NCBI RefSeq assembly: GCF_006345805.1
Contig: NC_042997.1
Coordinates: 144,150,001 to 144,214,000, forward strand
Source: Octopus sinensis
Taxonomy: Eukaryota
Reading direction: 5' to 3'
DNA: 64,000 nucleotides
How positions within the stretch are numbered: position 1 is the first letter of the stretch; every line of letters begins with the position of its first letter. The notes beneath the pieces are model-generated. The model was not told where the DNA came from. It was given only the letters and a program-made list of their open reading frames with translations, and made no database searches. Positions 1 to 13,187 of this stretch are shown here, piece by piece. Position numbers and translations under genes: made by a program.

Positions 1-97
1 TAAACACACTAACATCAGTTGTCAAGCGAAGGCGGGTGGACAAATACATACACACACGCCCGCCCGCCCGCCCGCGCACACGCACACACGCACACAC

Positions 98-132
<35 letters not shown>

Positions 133-235
133 CGGGCTTCCTTCAGTTTCCGTCCACCAAATCTACTGACAAGGCTTTGGTCGACCCGAGGTTATAATAG
201 AAGACACTTAGCCAGTGAAACTGAACCTAGAACCA
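1..235 (-). mobile_element. tRNA-derived SINE family A, partial copy
   Basis: Reverse complement of the family-A head and body (GACGGGCTTCCTTCAGTTTCCGTC...CTGAACCTAGAACC) with the internal (CA)/(TA) tract. Confidence 0.8.
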
Positions 236-296
236 TACATACATACATACATACATACATACATACATACATGTACACACAAATAGCCATATAAAA

Positions 297-530
297 TCCT
301 ATATAGGCGCCACGAAAAACCAAATGATACTTAGGTACAACGCAAACCAATCTAACTTCAGAAATAGGAGTAAGGTAAATTCAACAGGGTTTAGTAGCTA
401 TATCTGGGAGTTTAAGGACAAAAAAATAAAGAATATAGATTAGAATGGCGCATACTCTCAAAAACAAGTTCTTACATCTCTCTCTGTTTAACCGAACGCC
501 TGGAAATTCTAACGGGCTACACCGCCTCTT
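297..530 (+). pseudogene. Penelope-like element GIY-YIG endonuclease C-terminal remnant
   Basis: From 297: SYIGATKNQMILRYNANQSNFRNRSKVNSTGFSSYIWEFKDKKIK, then frameshifted YRLEWRILSKTSSY and LCLTERLEILTG. Matches the PLE GIY-YIG pattern YIG...STxLSxYIWxLK...WxIL...LCLxE. Confidence 0.85.
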
Positions 531-1113
531 CTTAATAGAAAATATGAGAATAGTAATTTTTAATCTACATATAGTCCTATTCGTCTTTTCCAAGTATCGG
601 TAAACCCGCTTGACCCTGTACAAATCATACGCTAGCTTCTTCATCTAAATCATCCCATTTAGCCAGGAACCACTTAAACTACTTACACGCAAACATTCAC
701 CTTCCAACTCCCACTCGCTTTACACACCCCATGATAAATTATTTTACACCTACACTGGGCTTCCTCCATTACTATGAACTTCCTACAATTTTAAGTCCAA
801 TAGACACATAAATTCCTTACTCACCCTGGACTGACAAATCCAGGTAGAGTTAGCCCCCTTTTTACCATGAGTTAGAGTCAACCCCTTTTCTTTACACCGC
901 CGGTGAAAAGTCTAGCCAGAATAAACACGTGGAAAATATGCGCTTACTTAAACTTGGATCTACAGATCAAAATAACTTCCATCTTACATCCACTTTGCAG
1001 TAGAATTATCAAATAAGAAATCTACTATAATGTAAGACTCACCATTCTTTGTCTTTATTCTCGTTACCAATGATCCCTATGTCTTTCGCCCTTCTTACTT
1101 CTACAAATGACTA

Positions 1114-1169
1114 TGCATTCTGATGATGTCTACCACTAAAACTGGTAAACAGAAACGATCGTAAATGTA
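1114..1169 (+). ncRNA. Type I hammerhead ribozyme at the 3' end of the PLE remnant
   Basis: Stem I TGCATT/AATGTA; core CTGATGA (1120-1126); stem II TGTCTACCA-CTAAAAC-TGGTAAACA; GAA; palindromic stem III ACGATCGT; GUA triplet with predicted cut after 1163. Confidence 0.85.
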
Positions 1170-1254
1170 TTATTATAGTTATTAATCAATTAAATTAATG
1201 GCTTACTAGCGCAAACAACCAACTTCGTCCTGTTATTTTTCCTCCATCTCTTCT

Positions 1255-1257
1255 TGC

Positions 1258-1298
<41 letters not shown>

Positions 1299-1348
1299 TG
1301 TATGTATGTATGTATGTATATATATATGTATATATATATGTATGTATG

Positions 1349-1400
<52 letters not shown>
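1255..1400. repeat. Compound (TA)n/(TATG)n microsatellite
   Basis: Direct reading; one of dozens of similar tracts in the window. Confidence 0.95.
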
Positions 1401-1404
<4 letters not shown>

Positions 1405-1462
1405 CAAGCAAATATTTGTTGTTTATTAGAAGCATCAAAATATATATTGTACAATACAAATA

Positions 1463-1819
1463 AGATGATGTTTTTGGAACGATGGGTTGCCGTTAGAACA
1501 GCAGAAATATTGAATAAACTACCCTTATAAGGCGGAAAAATTTGTCAGCAACCAGTCATGGCACTCGAACACATATCCTTCAAAGACTCCGGATGAGTGC
1601 TTTACTATTAAGCTAAACTGCCCGCTGACTAATTCCATCGCCGAATTAGATGCTAAATATTTTAGCTTTATAGAACAACTATGTGTGTATAAATGTATGT
1701 ACACAAGGTTGTTCGAGTCCCATGGGTGATTGTTGACGAATTTTTTCCGCTTTGTAAGGGTAATTAACCCAGTATTTCTGCTGTTCTAACAGCAGCTCTA
1801 CGTTTGAAAAAATACCATC
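1463..1819. repeat. Diverged foldback / MITE-like inverted repeat
   Basis: About 110-bp imperfect arms (1463-1572 vs 1710-1819), e.g. GTTAGAACAGCAGAAATA vs TATTTCTGCTGTTCTAAC. Confidence 0.7.
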
Positions 1820-1841
1820 ATATTTGTGTCATATGTATATG

Positions 1842-1871
<30 letters not shown>

Positions 1872-1872
<1 letters not shown>

Positions 1873-2170
1873 AATCAAAATAAGCAACAAGTATATCCAA
1901 GGTAGAGTAGTACAATTGTTTCATGCTACTTCATTTTATTAAACACTGTAAGTATTACATCAGTATTAAAATGTCGAGCAATCTTCAGCCACTTATAGAA
2001 TTTTCCAATTAAACGGACAATGCGACGATTGTACTACTCTGCCTTGGATATACTTGTTGCTTATTTTAATTATAATCACCCCATTTGACTTATATGGATA
2101 ATACCATACAAAATTCTGGTGCCTTTAACTTAATTACCATATTCATCTGAATCTAAATTTTGCTGAACCT
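1872..2170. mobile_element. HHR-bearing PLE-type non-coding element with head-to-head inverted duplication
   Basis: 1872-1918 is the inverted copy of 2028-2075; flanked by (TA)n on both sides. A related copy lies at about 62600-62740. Confidence 0.7.
1906..1993 (-). ncRNA. Type I hammerhead ribozyme
   Basis: Minus strand: stem I AGTGG/CTACT; core CTGAAGA (1988-1982); stem II TGCT..CATTTTA / TAAAATG..AGCA; GAA; stem III ACAATTGT; GUA triplet. Confidence 0.8.
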
Positions 2171-2212
2171 ATATATATATATATATAGCAAAAAAGAAAA
2201 CGGAGGGGGTAT

Positions 2213-2383
2213 AAAAATGACATACATCAGCCGGTAGACATTCTATAATGTCTATTTATTCTAAAACATAAGGAAATATTATAAGAATACATACACATGC
2301 CAAGACTGTGTGCTAGTACACAGTCTTTGCATGTGTATGTATTCTTATAATAGAATGTCTACCGGCTGATGTATGTCATTTTT
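2213..2383. repeat. Long bulged hairpin (inverted duplication)
   Basis: Outer arms 2213-2246/2350-2383 and inner arms about 2278-2311/2318-2351, nearly perfect, with an approximately 31-nt one-sided bulge. Confidence 0.9.
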
Positions 2384-3021
2384 GTATGTCCTCCATTTTT
2401 TTTTGCCGTATAAATTAAGGGCAAACCATCTTTTATCCCCGCCCTTATATGACACTCGATTGCGAAGATCAAAGCTCAGGATCGCCAAGCTCTATCAGGA
2501 GAGTAACTGCAACGCATCCATTGGTGTTGTGTAATCAACTAGTGAAGGATTCGCTATGACTCAAGCTCTCAAGAATTCGTGCAAGAAACACAAGTGAACG
2601 AATGAGGTCCAATTCAGCCGATTTTGCCAATCAATATTACCCAATAGCCAAGGGAAATCCGATAGCAAAATTGGCCGAAATGGATCTATATAAATATGTG
2701 TGAGAGTGTGTGAGTGTGTGTGTGTGTGTATGTTTGTGTGTGTTGTGTGGTGTGTGTGTGTGTGTGTGTGTGTTGTGTGTGTGTGTGTTGTATGTGCTGT
2801 GTATTGCGTGTGTTTTGTGTGTGTTTTGTATGTGCGTTTTTTATGAGTATATGTGTTTGTACATTTATACAAGAAGACATAATAATGTGCGAGCACAAGT
2901 CTGTGTATATATGCAGCGAAATGATTCATATATTTACATACACGTGTGATTGTATATATAAATGTGTGTGTGTATATGTATATTATATATATATATACAT
3001 AACTTTGTATATATGTATGAA

Positions 3022-3178
3022 GGAGTGGCTGTGTGGTAAGTAGCTTGCTTCCCAACCACATGGTTCTGGGTTCAGTCCCACTGTGTGGCACCTTGGGCAA
3101 GTGCCTTCTACTATAGCCTCGGGCCGACAAAAGCCTTGTGAGTGTATTTTGTAGACAGAAATAGAAAGAACCTCGTAG

Positions 3179-3247
<69 letters not shown>

Positions 3248-3448
3248 TTGTGTGTCTGTGTTTGTCCTCCCCAACATCGATTGACAACCGATGTTTGTGA
3301 GTTTACGTCACCGTAACTTAGCGGTTCGGCAAAAGAGACCAAAAGAATAAGTACTAGGCTTACAACGAATAAGTCCCGGGGGCGATTTGCTCGACTAAAG
3401 GCGGTGCTCCAGCATGGCCGCAGTCAAATGACTGAAACAAGTAAAGAG
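3022..3448 (+). mobile_element. tRNA-derived SINE family A, full length
   Basis: Head GGAGTGGCTGTGTGGTAAG (A-box-like) and GGGTTCAGTCCC (B-box-like); internal (TA)n(TG)n; tail GCATGGCCGCAGTCAAATGACTGAAACAAGTAAA. Confidence 0.9.
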
Positions 3449-3517
3449 TATATGTTTGTATATTTATATATGTATACATACATATGTATGTGTGTATATA
3501 TACATATTCTTTTATTC

Positions 3518-3902
3518 TTTTATTCTTTTACTTGTTTCAGACATTTGACTGCGGTCATGCTGGAGCACCACCTTTGAGTCGAGCAAATCGACCCCAGGAC
3601 TTATTCTTTGTAAGCCTAGTACTTATTCTATCGGTCTTTTTTGCCGAACCGCTAAACTACGGAGGACGTAAACACACCAGCATCAATTGTCAAGCGATGT
3701 TGGGTGGGGGGAGGGGACAAACACAGACACTCAAACATATATATATATACGACGGGCTCCTTTCAGTTTCCGTCTACCAAATCCCTTCGCAAGGCCCGAG
3801 GCTATAGTAGAAGACACTTGCCCAAGGTGACACGCAGTGGGTGTGAACCCAGAACCATGTGGTTGGTAAGCAAGCTACTTACCACACAGCCACTCCTGCA
3901 CC

Positions 3903-3906
<4 letters not shown>
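3518..3906 (-). mobile_element. SINE family A, full length, convergent with the previous copy
   Basis: Reverse complement of the same head, microsatellite and tail. Confidence 0.9.
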
Positions 3907-3985
<79 letters not shown>

Positions 3986-4052
3986 CGTGCGTGCGTGTGA
4001 ATGTGCGTATGTATGTAGATATATACATATACATACATACATACATACACAC

Positions 4053-4097
<45 letters not shown>

Positions 4098-4623
4098 ATA
4101 TGCATATAGACATACATACATGCGTACATACATGTAAACATACGCCCATACATACATATATAATACACACATGCACATATACATACACATTTATGTCAAT
4201 GTTTATGTTTGTCTATAAGTCTATCAGAAAGTGTGTCTATTTATCAAGAACTATCCGTGTCTGTCAGCTTCTCTGTCTGACTTGATGTCTACAGATCTAT
4301 CCATTTATCTGTTTTCCTGTTTGTCTATATCTATCTATACTTGTACAGCTTATATTTATATAAGTGTGGGAATGGACATCTGGTAGTTTGTGAATGGGTA
4401 CAAACTGGATAAATATGATGGATTAAGACGAATAAGTTAGAGATAATGATGTTGTAGGATAAAAATTGAAAGAATTTAGACTCTGTTGTTGATCAATTAG
4501 AAGTTTTAACGTTTGGGTGATAAATTTAGGATGTAAACAGTTTTTTTTCTGTATTCATCTAACCTTCTACTTTGTGTGTGTTGTGTGTGTGAGGAAAAGA
4601 GAAAGACAGAGACAGGCAGTCTG

Positions 4624-4624
<1 letters not shown>

Positions 4625-4657
<33 letters not shown>

Positions 4658-4696
4658 GAAGGAAGGAAGAAAGAAAGAAAGAAAAAAGAAAGAAAA

Positions 4697-4752
<56 letters not shown>

Positions 4753-4767
4753 GAGAAAGAAAGAAAG
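4625..4767. repeat. (GAAA)n microsatellite
   Basis: Direct reading. Confidence 0.95.
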
Positions 4768-5384
4768 AGTGCATATTGTCCCGCCTCGTAGCTTGTTACT
4801 CAAGACTGAAAATTCCAGGGTAACCACCGTTTCTTCATACATGTTTGACTGGGGCCTGTTTGACTCGCCTGAAGAAGCAGCAACAAAATGTGGAAACTCC
4901 AGGAAAACAGAATTGTACGTGTATGTATTGTATTACATGAATATTACGGTGCATCAGCATGGCCGCAGCTCTGAGCTGAAACTAGAAAAAAAAATATATC
5001 GTATATATATTTATATAACATATTAAAGAGGAATGTGAATATATGTAAGGATCAGGGACCTTCTCTAATATGACAAATTTCTGATGATTTTTAAAAAGAA
5101 AATGCAACCCCCTTATTGGGACACAGACAACTTTTCTCTATTGTACTTCTTCTTTACGTCTCTAACCTCTTCCTCCTTGCCCATGCCAAACTGATCATTC
5201 GTCTAGTCCAGTGTCTGCTAAACTTTTTTTTACCTTAGGACACACTGCGCAAGGAGAATTTATTTTGCGACATACCAAATAAAAATCCAAACAAAATTGA
5301 ATATGCTTTATTAGTATGAATAAAAAATAAATAAATTCTTATTATACTAACAATAAAATAACATTGGTTTATGAACATATTATA

Positions 5385-5487
<103 letters not shown>

Positions 5488-5869
5488 GTTTTAGTGAGAA
5501 GGATGCAATTGATTTTGAGAAAGAATTTTGTCAAAACGTGGATCTAAATTAGATAAACAAATACGTAACTCCACATTTACCATCTGTCATCGTTCATGTT
5601 TTTTTACTTCATTTCCATAGGCACAGAGATACCAAATTCGCAAAGATACGATGACCCAAAGGGTAACAAAGAATTAACGGCTGTAGTAGCTAATCGAGGA
5701 TATTGACTCCAAAGCAAAATCCAAAATTCCGGCAATTGTAGCACAGAAAATGAGGCTTTGTGCACAGGATCGTTTTTCAAGTCTATTAGATTTTCGTATT
5801 CTGTTCATGTTAATGGCAGATGTGTACTGTTGTGTCGTGCGAAAGATTGATGACCCACCCGTACATTTG

Positions 5870-6790
5870 ATAATCAGACAATAAGCGTAAACCAGTGTCA
5901 ACGGTGGTTCCAGAAATTCCGAACCGGAAACTACAGTCTAGGAGACGAGTTTCATCCTGGAAGATCTGTAGAGCTCGATGAGTACCTCCTGCAAACTCTG
6001 GTGGAACAAAATCTCATTGTAACTGTTGAAAAACTAGCAGAGACGCTTGGATTTGGTTATTCAACCATTCATTGACACCTACGTGCCATCGGAAAAGTCA
6101 GCAAATTGAGTCACTGGGTTCCTCACAAACTTTTCGAGTCTAATCACGCGCAGAAAGTAAATGTGTGTTCTTTGCTGTCACGTTTCCCAAATGAACCTTT
6201 TTGGGACTGAATAGTGACTGGTGACAAGAAATGGGTTCCTATGAAAATGTCAACAGTGAGTAGGGAAAGAAGAAACGCCGGCACCTCAGGCTAAAGAAGG
6301 TCTTCAGTTACTTAAGATGTTGTTATCTGTTTGGTGGGATATAAAAAGGGTTTAGTTCATGTTGTACTTTTAAAGTCAAACCAAACGATAACAAAGGAGA
6401 TCTTTGGGCAGCTTTAGTGGCTTAAGTCAGCGCTAGAAGGAAAATGACCATCTTTGGTCTCAAGACGAAAGTGTTCTTCCGCCAGGATAATTCTCGGTCA
6501 CATACAGTGAGGGTGGCATTCCAAAGGCTGGCACAGTTTGAATGGGAAACGATGCCCACCTACCATTTGCCAGACATTGCCTCATCTGAATATCATTTAT
6601 TCTGCAGTCTTCAAAATCATTTTGACGGAAAAAATATGAATTTTCTAGACGAGGTCAGAACAATACTGGAGGAATATATTTCGTCACGGATAAGTAAATT
6701 TTGGAAGAGGGGCCTTGCAAGTCTACCAGATAGATGGAAGAGCATTGTAGGAAATGAAGGAGAGTATATTTTAGATTTTGTATATATATA
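5870..6790 (+). pseudogene. Degenerate mariner (DD34D) transposase, 5'-truncated
   Basis: QCQRWFQKFRTG, WVPHKL, IVTGDKKWV, FRQDNSRSH, HLPDIASSEYHLFCSLQNHFDGK; stops and frameshifts. Confidence 0.9.
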
Positions 6791-7269
6791 TGTTTTAAAT
6801 TATATATACATACATACGATGGGTTTTTTTTCAGTTTCTGTCTACGAAATCCGCTCACAAGGCTTTGGTCAGTCCAAGGTTATAGTAGATGGCACTTTCC
6901 CAAGGTACCACGCAGTGAGACTGAACCTGAAACCATGTTGTTCGGAAGCAAGCTTCTTCACTATTAATGAATACAGAATGTACCCGTAGTCGCATATGCA
7001 ACAGATATAAGCGGACATATAGATTACGTATACGTTTCTTCACGACATTCCACATATATACACATATGCGTGTCTGTGTATTATATATATAAACAGACAC
7101 TGAATGTGCCAAAAGTCACGTACAAAATAACAAAAGTTGGGATGCGTGGTGCTCAGTTATTCCATAAATGAAAAATGCATTAAATACTACAAAATGTACT
7201 CATAGGACCGACACCCAGACCCTAATTCTTCATCAGTTTTCTATCGAAATACTAATAACTATTTTAATC

Positions 7270-7401
7270 AACCACCCGGTTCCGAGTTCAGTCCCACCGC
7301 GTGGGAGCTTGGGCAAGTGTCTTCTACTATAGCCTCGGGCCGACCAAAACCTTGTGAGTGGATTTGGTAGACGGAAATTGAAAGAAGCCCGTCGTATGTA
7401 T

Positions 7402-7446
<45 letters not shown>

Positions 7447-7643
7447 TTGTTTGTGTGTGTGTGTTTGTCCCCCCATCATCGCTTGACAACCGATGTTGGT
7501 GTCTTTACATCCAAGTAAATTAGCGGTTCGGCAAAAGAAACAATAGAACAAGTACAAGGCTTTCAAAGAAAAAGTCGAATTGTTCGACTAAAGGCGGTGC
7601 TCCAGCATGGCAGCAGTCAAATGACTGAAACAAGTAAAAGAAT
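7270..7643 (+). mobile_element. SINE family A (a partial minus copy also lies at 6819-6960)
   Basis: Same B-box region, internal microsatellite and tail. Confidence 0.85.
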
Positions 7644-7729
7644 ACACGCACATACATGTGTATATGCACACACACACACACACTCACTACACTCATATAT
7701 ATGCATACATATACATGTAGATATAGATA

Positions 7730-8200
<471 letters not shown>

Positions 8201-8920
8201 TTATATTTACATATATATAAACAGGTAGATACACCGATACACATATACATATGAAAACCACAATGTATCTTATTACAGTAAGTGTTTATCTCATATTATG
8301 CTTTTAAACTTCGTTACATTCATTCCTTGTAGCTCTTTTTGTTTATATTCTGTTGTTTTTTTGTTGTTTTTTTTTCAGTTTCAACAAAGATTTAAAGTGA
8401 TTAGTAATCAACTGAACTTTGAGATCTTTTAATTCCTCCTCAGTGACGTCAGTAATTAGATTAGTTTCTGTAAACAGGTTTGGCAATTTTTACCTATCCC
8501 GCGTATTATGCTGCAAATACATATAGGTGTGTGTGTGTGAGTGTGTGTGAATGCATATAGTCATGTATATGTGTGTGTGTGTGTATTGTGTGTGTTTATT
8601 GTATGTGTTTGTGTGAGTGTGTGCGCATGCATACATGCATATATATATATAAACATATACATGTATGTATATACACATATATATGTATTTTTGTATATAT
8701 GCATACAATGTGTATACATATATGTATGTATGTATGTATATACATATATATACGTATGTATGTATATACATATATATATATATATACATATATATGTATA
8801 AGATGTATACGCACATACAAAGACACACATATATATATACACACATACATATATATGATGTACTGTATATATGCAAGTATGTATGTACTGATGTATATGT
8901 AATGAATGTATGCATATATA

Positions 8921-10175
8921 CATGGTGCAGGGAATAAATTGTCGTCTAAGTTACACAAAAATGGAAATAGCACTGACTTCTCATTTTAACAGATATATTT
9001 ACTAAAATTACATAAAAATATCTTGAAATACTAATGAGTAAATCTATTCAATAAAATCGCAATTGGCTTCAACCACGGCCTACGGATGGCTTCGGTATCT
9101 CTTGCAATTCTTCTGGGCGGTCTCCTTGTTTAAGTTGGTCAATTCTGCCATAATCCTTGCGTTCAGTTCATCTTTGGTGTTACAAGGAGTTTTGTTGGTC
9201 TCTCGCTCAACTGCACCCCACACACAATAATCAAAGGGATTGCAGTCTGGGGAGTTAGGTGACCAGAGGTTATGAGTGATGTGTCTATCAACCATGACTG
9301 GGTTCTCCGGCTTGTGTGACATGATGCAGAGTCTTATTGCCAGACATAGGGTCTTCCAGCAGCCACCATTTTGACCCAGAGTCGCACTACCTCTTCCAGG
9401 CACTTGATGTAGGTCTTCGTATTGAGTCTGAGGCTGTGGGAAGATGACTTGTGATCATTCCATACACCATGATTTTGAGTGGATGTTTGATTTTTATCAC
9501 TCTCTGTACATGTTTTGGGGACACGGCAAGCCAACGGTTATTCTGTAATGTTCAGCATCTGATCCCGGCAGAAATTTTTCTCGTCTGAGAAAAACCAAAG
9601 CGTGTTCAGTTGGAGGGGATGCTTGAGTTTGTTCAAAAGCTCCGTAGCGCAGTCTTTACTCTTGTCGTCGATTGCTTAGGATAAAAATTGACCCTTTCTC
9701 ATCTTGTATGAGGAATGCTGAATGTCATCAAGCACTACCTACCTGACAAGAAGCTCAAACAGTCCTATGTCCCTGGCGATAGACCTGATTGACTTGGAAG
9801 GATCGTTGTCAAACATGGCCTAGAGCTCATCAAGTTCTTTTCTCATCAGAGCGATGAGAATAAGTTTTCCGAGCTATCGTACCTTCGTAATCACCATTAG
9901 ACTCATCCAACTCTTTCCAAAGTTTCTGCACTATCCTCGCATTGACACCCAAGCACTCTGAAATGTTCGTATTGGAGTTTCGGTACGAATGCCAAGCAGT
10001 ACAGCATGTTGTTTCCAAATTTCTGGCAGAGAGAATTATATCATGGTGCTGTTTTTCTCACAAACTGTGCCCAATTGACCGTGTTATACTGTATAGTCGA
10101 CAAAATAAAAGGCAAACAATGCGCATGCGCGAAATTAAAAATATAAAATTGCGACAATTTACCCATCGCATCCTG
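8921..10175 (-). mobile_element. Tc1/mariner-superfamily transposon, maT (DD37D)-like, degenerate
   Basis: Imperfect 24-bp TIRs CATGGTGCAGGGAATAAATTGTCG / CGACAATTTACCCATCGCATCCTG flanked by TA; minus-strand WSPNSPDCNPFDYCVWGAVERETN motif. Confidence 0.85.
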
Positions 10176-10206
10176 TATAGATAGATATACATATAAATGT
10201 GTGTAT

Positions 10207-10272
<66 letters not shown>

Positions 10273-10640
10273 TTATTTATTTATCACCCGACGAGATACG
10301 GCCGCACCGCCGGATGCTCCTGTACCAGTTTTTGTGTGCCCCACAAGAGGAGACGATGCTGGATGTGTCGAAACAATTGTTGTGATTAATAATATATTCT
10401 CGTTTCCTTTCTTTTTCATTGGATTATTTACTCTTCGCTAAACCATATGACAGTATAATCGTGTGAAACTTGAATTTTCTACACTAAAAGTATTCAGGCT
10501 TTGGCTTGGATCCCGACAGTAATGATAGCCCAATATTCCGGTTGAGCGCTTCTCTGGAAATACCTCAAGTTCACAACGAAACTGACCTTAGACATTTGCT
10601 CTTTAACAAATAAACACTTCGTATATATATATTATATATA

Positions 10641-10692
<52 letters not shown>

Positions 10693-11064
10693 CAGAAGCA
10701 ACATAGTGACTCAAGGTCTGAGACTTTCGTACGTTGGCACTTACCAAATTTAATAAGTGCTAACCCTCGGTTAAGTGTGAGCCACTCCGTTGCTTTTACT
10801 AAATATCAATAAAAATATTCATATACTCAGATTTTAAGTTGCTCTTCCTGTTTGCATCACCACACACACACACAACACAAATACATATTCAGTTGAATAA
10901 GGTACTTAATGGTAAGGCACCGGGTTAGGTCAGAATAAAATGCATACACAAGAATCATAGACGAATGCCATCATCGCTAAAGCGTCGATCGTGGAATCAC
11001 CAGATAGATATGTGCCATGGATTTAAAATTTCTTTTTAAATGTCCTTGATTGTAAAATTCGTGT

Positions 11065-11149
11065 ATTCATCTGATGAAATCGATTTTTTTATAATACAAT
11101 GTACACATTGATCAATAAAAAAAATTCGTTAGAAACGGCTGTAATGAAT
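11065..11149 (+). ncRNA. Type I hammerhead ribozyme
   Basis: Stem I ATTCAT/ATGAAT; core CTGATGA (11071-11077); long T-tract/A-tract stem II; GAA; stem III ACGGCTGT; GUA triplet with cut after 11143. Confidence 0.75.
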
Positions 11150-11793
11150 TGACACCTATCCATCGCTGTTAGTTTATCCCTCTATCATCCTCTATATTTC
11201 TTTTCCCCCACTTCCTTCTTTGCTGTTCCCAGTCTGCCTTTCCTTCTTTCTTTCCTTCTTCCTTCTCACTCTCACTGTTTCTCTCCCTCATCCTCTCTCT
11301 TGCCCCTTCCTCTTTTGCCTGTTGCTCACACGTGACTACAGAACATTTTTCTTGTCTCTCTGTCTTTTCTGGATTCGATGGCCAGCCAGCCGGACGTCAT
11401 TTCTTTCACCTCTCGATATTTTTTCTCATCTACTATCTATTCTATATCTTTTAAAAATTTCTCCCAGGTGTTACCCATTAAAATTCGTCTTGACCTAACG
11501 GCCCTTAATGTCTCTCTTCATCTATGTTTTCTTACGTATGTCCACTCTAGTATCGTTTGTTCGTTCGAAGCCGTAACCCTCCACAAATTTAATATTTAAA
11601 AATTTTCTGGATGCTGTTGTCTTATGAAGTTTTCCTGTCTTGTCGTTAAACAGGGAGTAATATCACAGTCGACAAGTGAGGAGGAGTTAGACTTCTTTTG
11701 ATATATTGTCTCGTACATATCTCTCGTTGTGTGTTTACGCACTTTTCACACGTTGATGCCCTGTTCTTAACATGTATTTTTCTCATTTAGTTT

Positions 11794-11889
<96 letters not shown>

Positions 11890-12754
11890 CATATATCCAT
11901 ATATATTCATAGAGGGAGAGGGAGAGAGAGATGGATATAAATAGATAGATAGATACATACATATATACATACTTACATATACGTACACATACATACATAC
12001 AACGGGTTTCCGTATAGTTTCCGTCTATCAAATTCACTTACACGGCTTTGCCCGACCTGGGGCTATAGACACTTGTTGAATGTGCAGTGCAGTAAGACTA
12101 AATACGAAACCACGAGGTTGAAAAGCGAGTTTCTTAACGACACAGCTATGCATGCGTCTCTATATTATATGCATCTCATCTATTTTTCGATAAAAAAAAA
12201 GCCCCTGTTGATGAATAACAAACTATAGTCTGTGGTTCGATACCATTGACCTCGCTGGTGGATTGGTAGAATTAGGGACAAAAGGCTTGCAGGAAGTATT
12301 TTGTTTCAGAACCGTTAATTTCCAGGTGTAAATCTTCCGAAATTTTTACTCATACACAAAACACCAACACCAAACACACACACATATACACACAGACCAA
12401 AACATCAATACATACACATACACTCACAGACTCGTGCGCAGTATCACATTCCTTCCTCCAATCCCACAAGCACACACATACAACAATATACAACCACATA
12501 CGCATACACAGAAGCAATTACCGCATCCATACAATCATCCAGTCGCACATACGCACACATACGCGTACACATACACGTACAATATCACATACACTAAAAA
12601 CATCACCACATACAGAAGCACACACTAACTCACGCACAATATCACATACATACCATCACATGCGCACGCACACACGCACACACACACACCCACACACAAA
12701 CACACATACGAGTAGGTTATTACATACATAGCTACATCCAATCTCACAAGTATA

Positions 12755-13187
12755 AGGAGTGGTTGTGTGGTAAGTAGCTTGCTTACCAACCACATGGTTC
12801 CGGGTTCGGTCCCACTGCACTTTGCCACCTTTGGCAAGTTTCTTCTATCAAAGCCTTGTGAGTGGATTTGGTGCAGACGGAAACTGAAAGAAGCCGGTCG
12901 TATATATGTGTATATATATGTGTATATGTGTGTGTGTGTGTGCGTGTGTGTGTGTGAGTGTGTGTGTGTGTGTGTGTGTGTATGTTTGTGTGTCTATGTT
13001 TGTCCCCCAACATCGCTTGACAACCGATGCTGGTGTGTTTACGTCCCCGTAACATTAGCGGTTCGGCAAAGGAGGCCGATAGAATAAGTACTAGGCTTAC
13101 AAAGAATAAGTCCTGGGGTCGATTTCTTCGACTAAAGGCGGTGCTCCAGCATGGCCGCAGTCAAATGACTGAAACAAGTATAAGAGT
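12755..13187 (+). mobile_element. SINE family A, full length
   Basis: Head, internal microsatellite and tail all present. Confidence 0.9.

Noticed and set aside
3022-3100. tRNA genes at SINE heads
   Set aside because: Only A/B-box-like segments; no full cloverleaf, and they continue into SINE bodies.
5075-5110. CTGATGA-TTTTTAAAAA-GAAA as a hammerhead
   Set aside because: No stem III U16.1/H17 and no stem I complementarity.
7200-7240. Minus-strand CTGATGAAG
   Set aside because: No downstream GAAA or stems.
10707-10790. Minus-strand HHR-like fold (GGCTCA/TTGAGTC, GCACTTA/TAAGTGC, GAAAGTCTCAGAC)
   Set aside because: Core unrecognisable and U16.1 lost; at best a dead relic, not counted. The same applies to 4868-4905 and 43370-43425.
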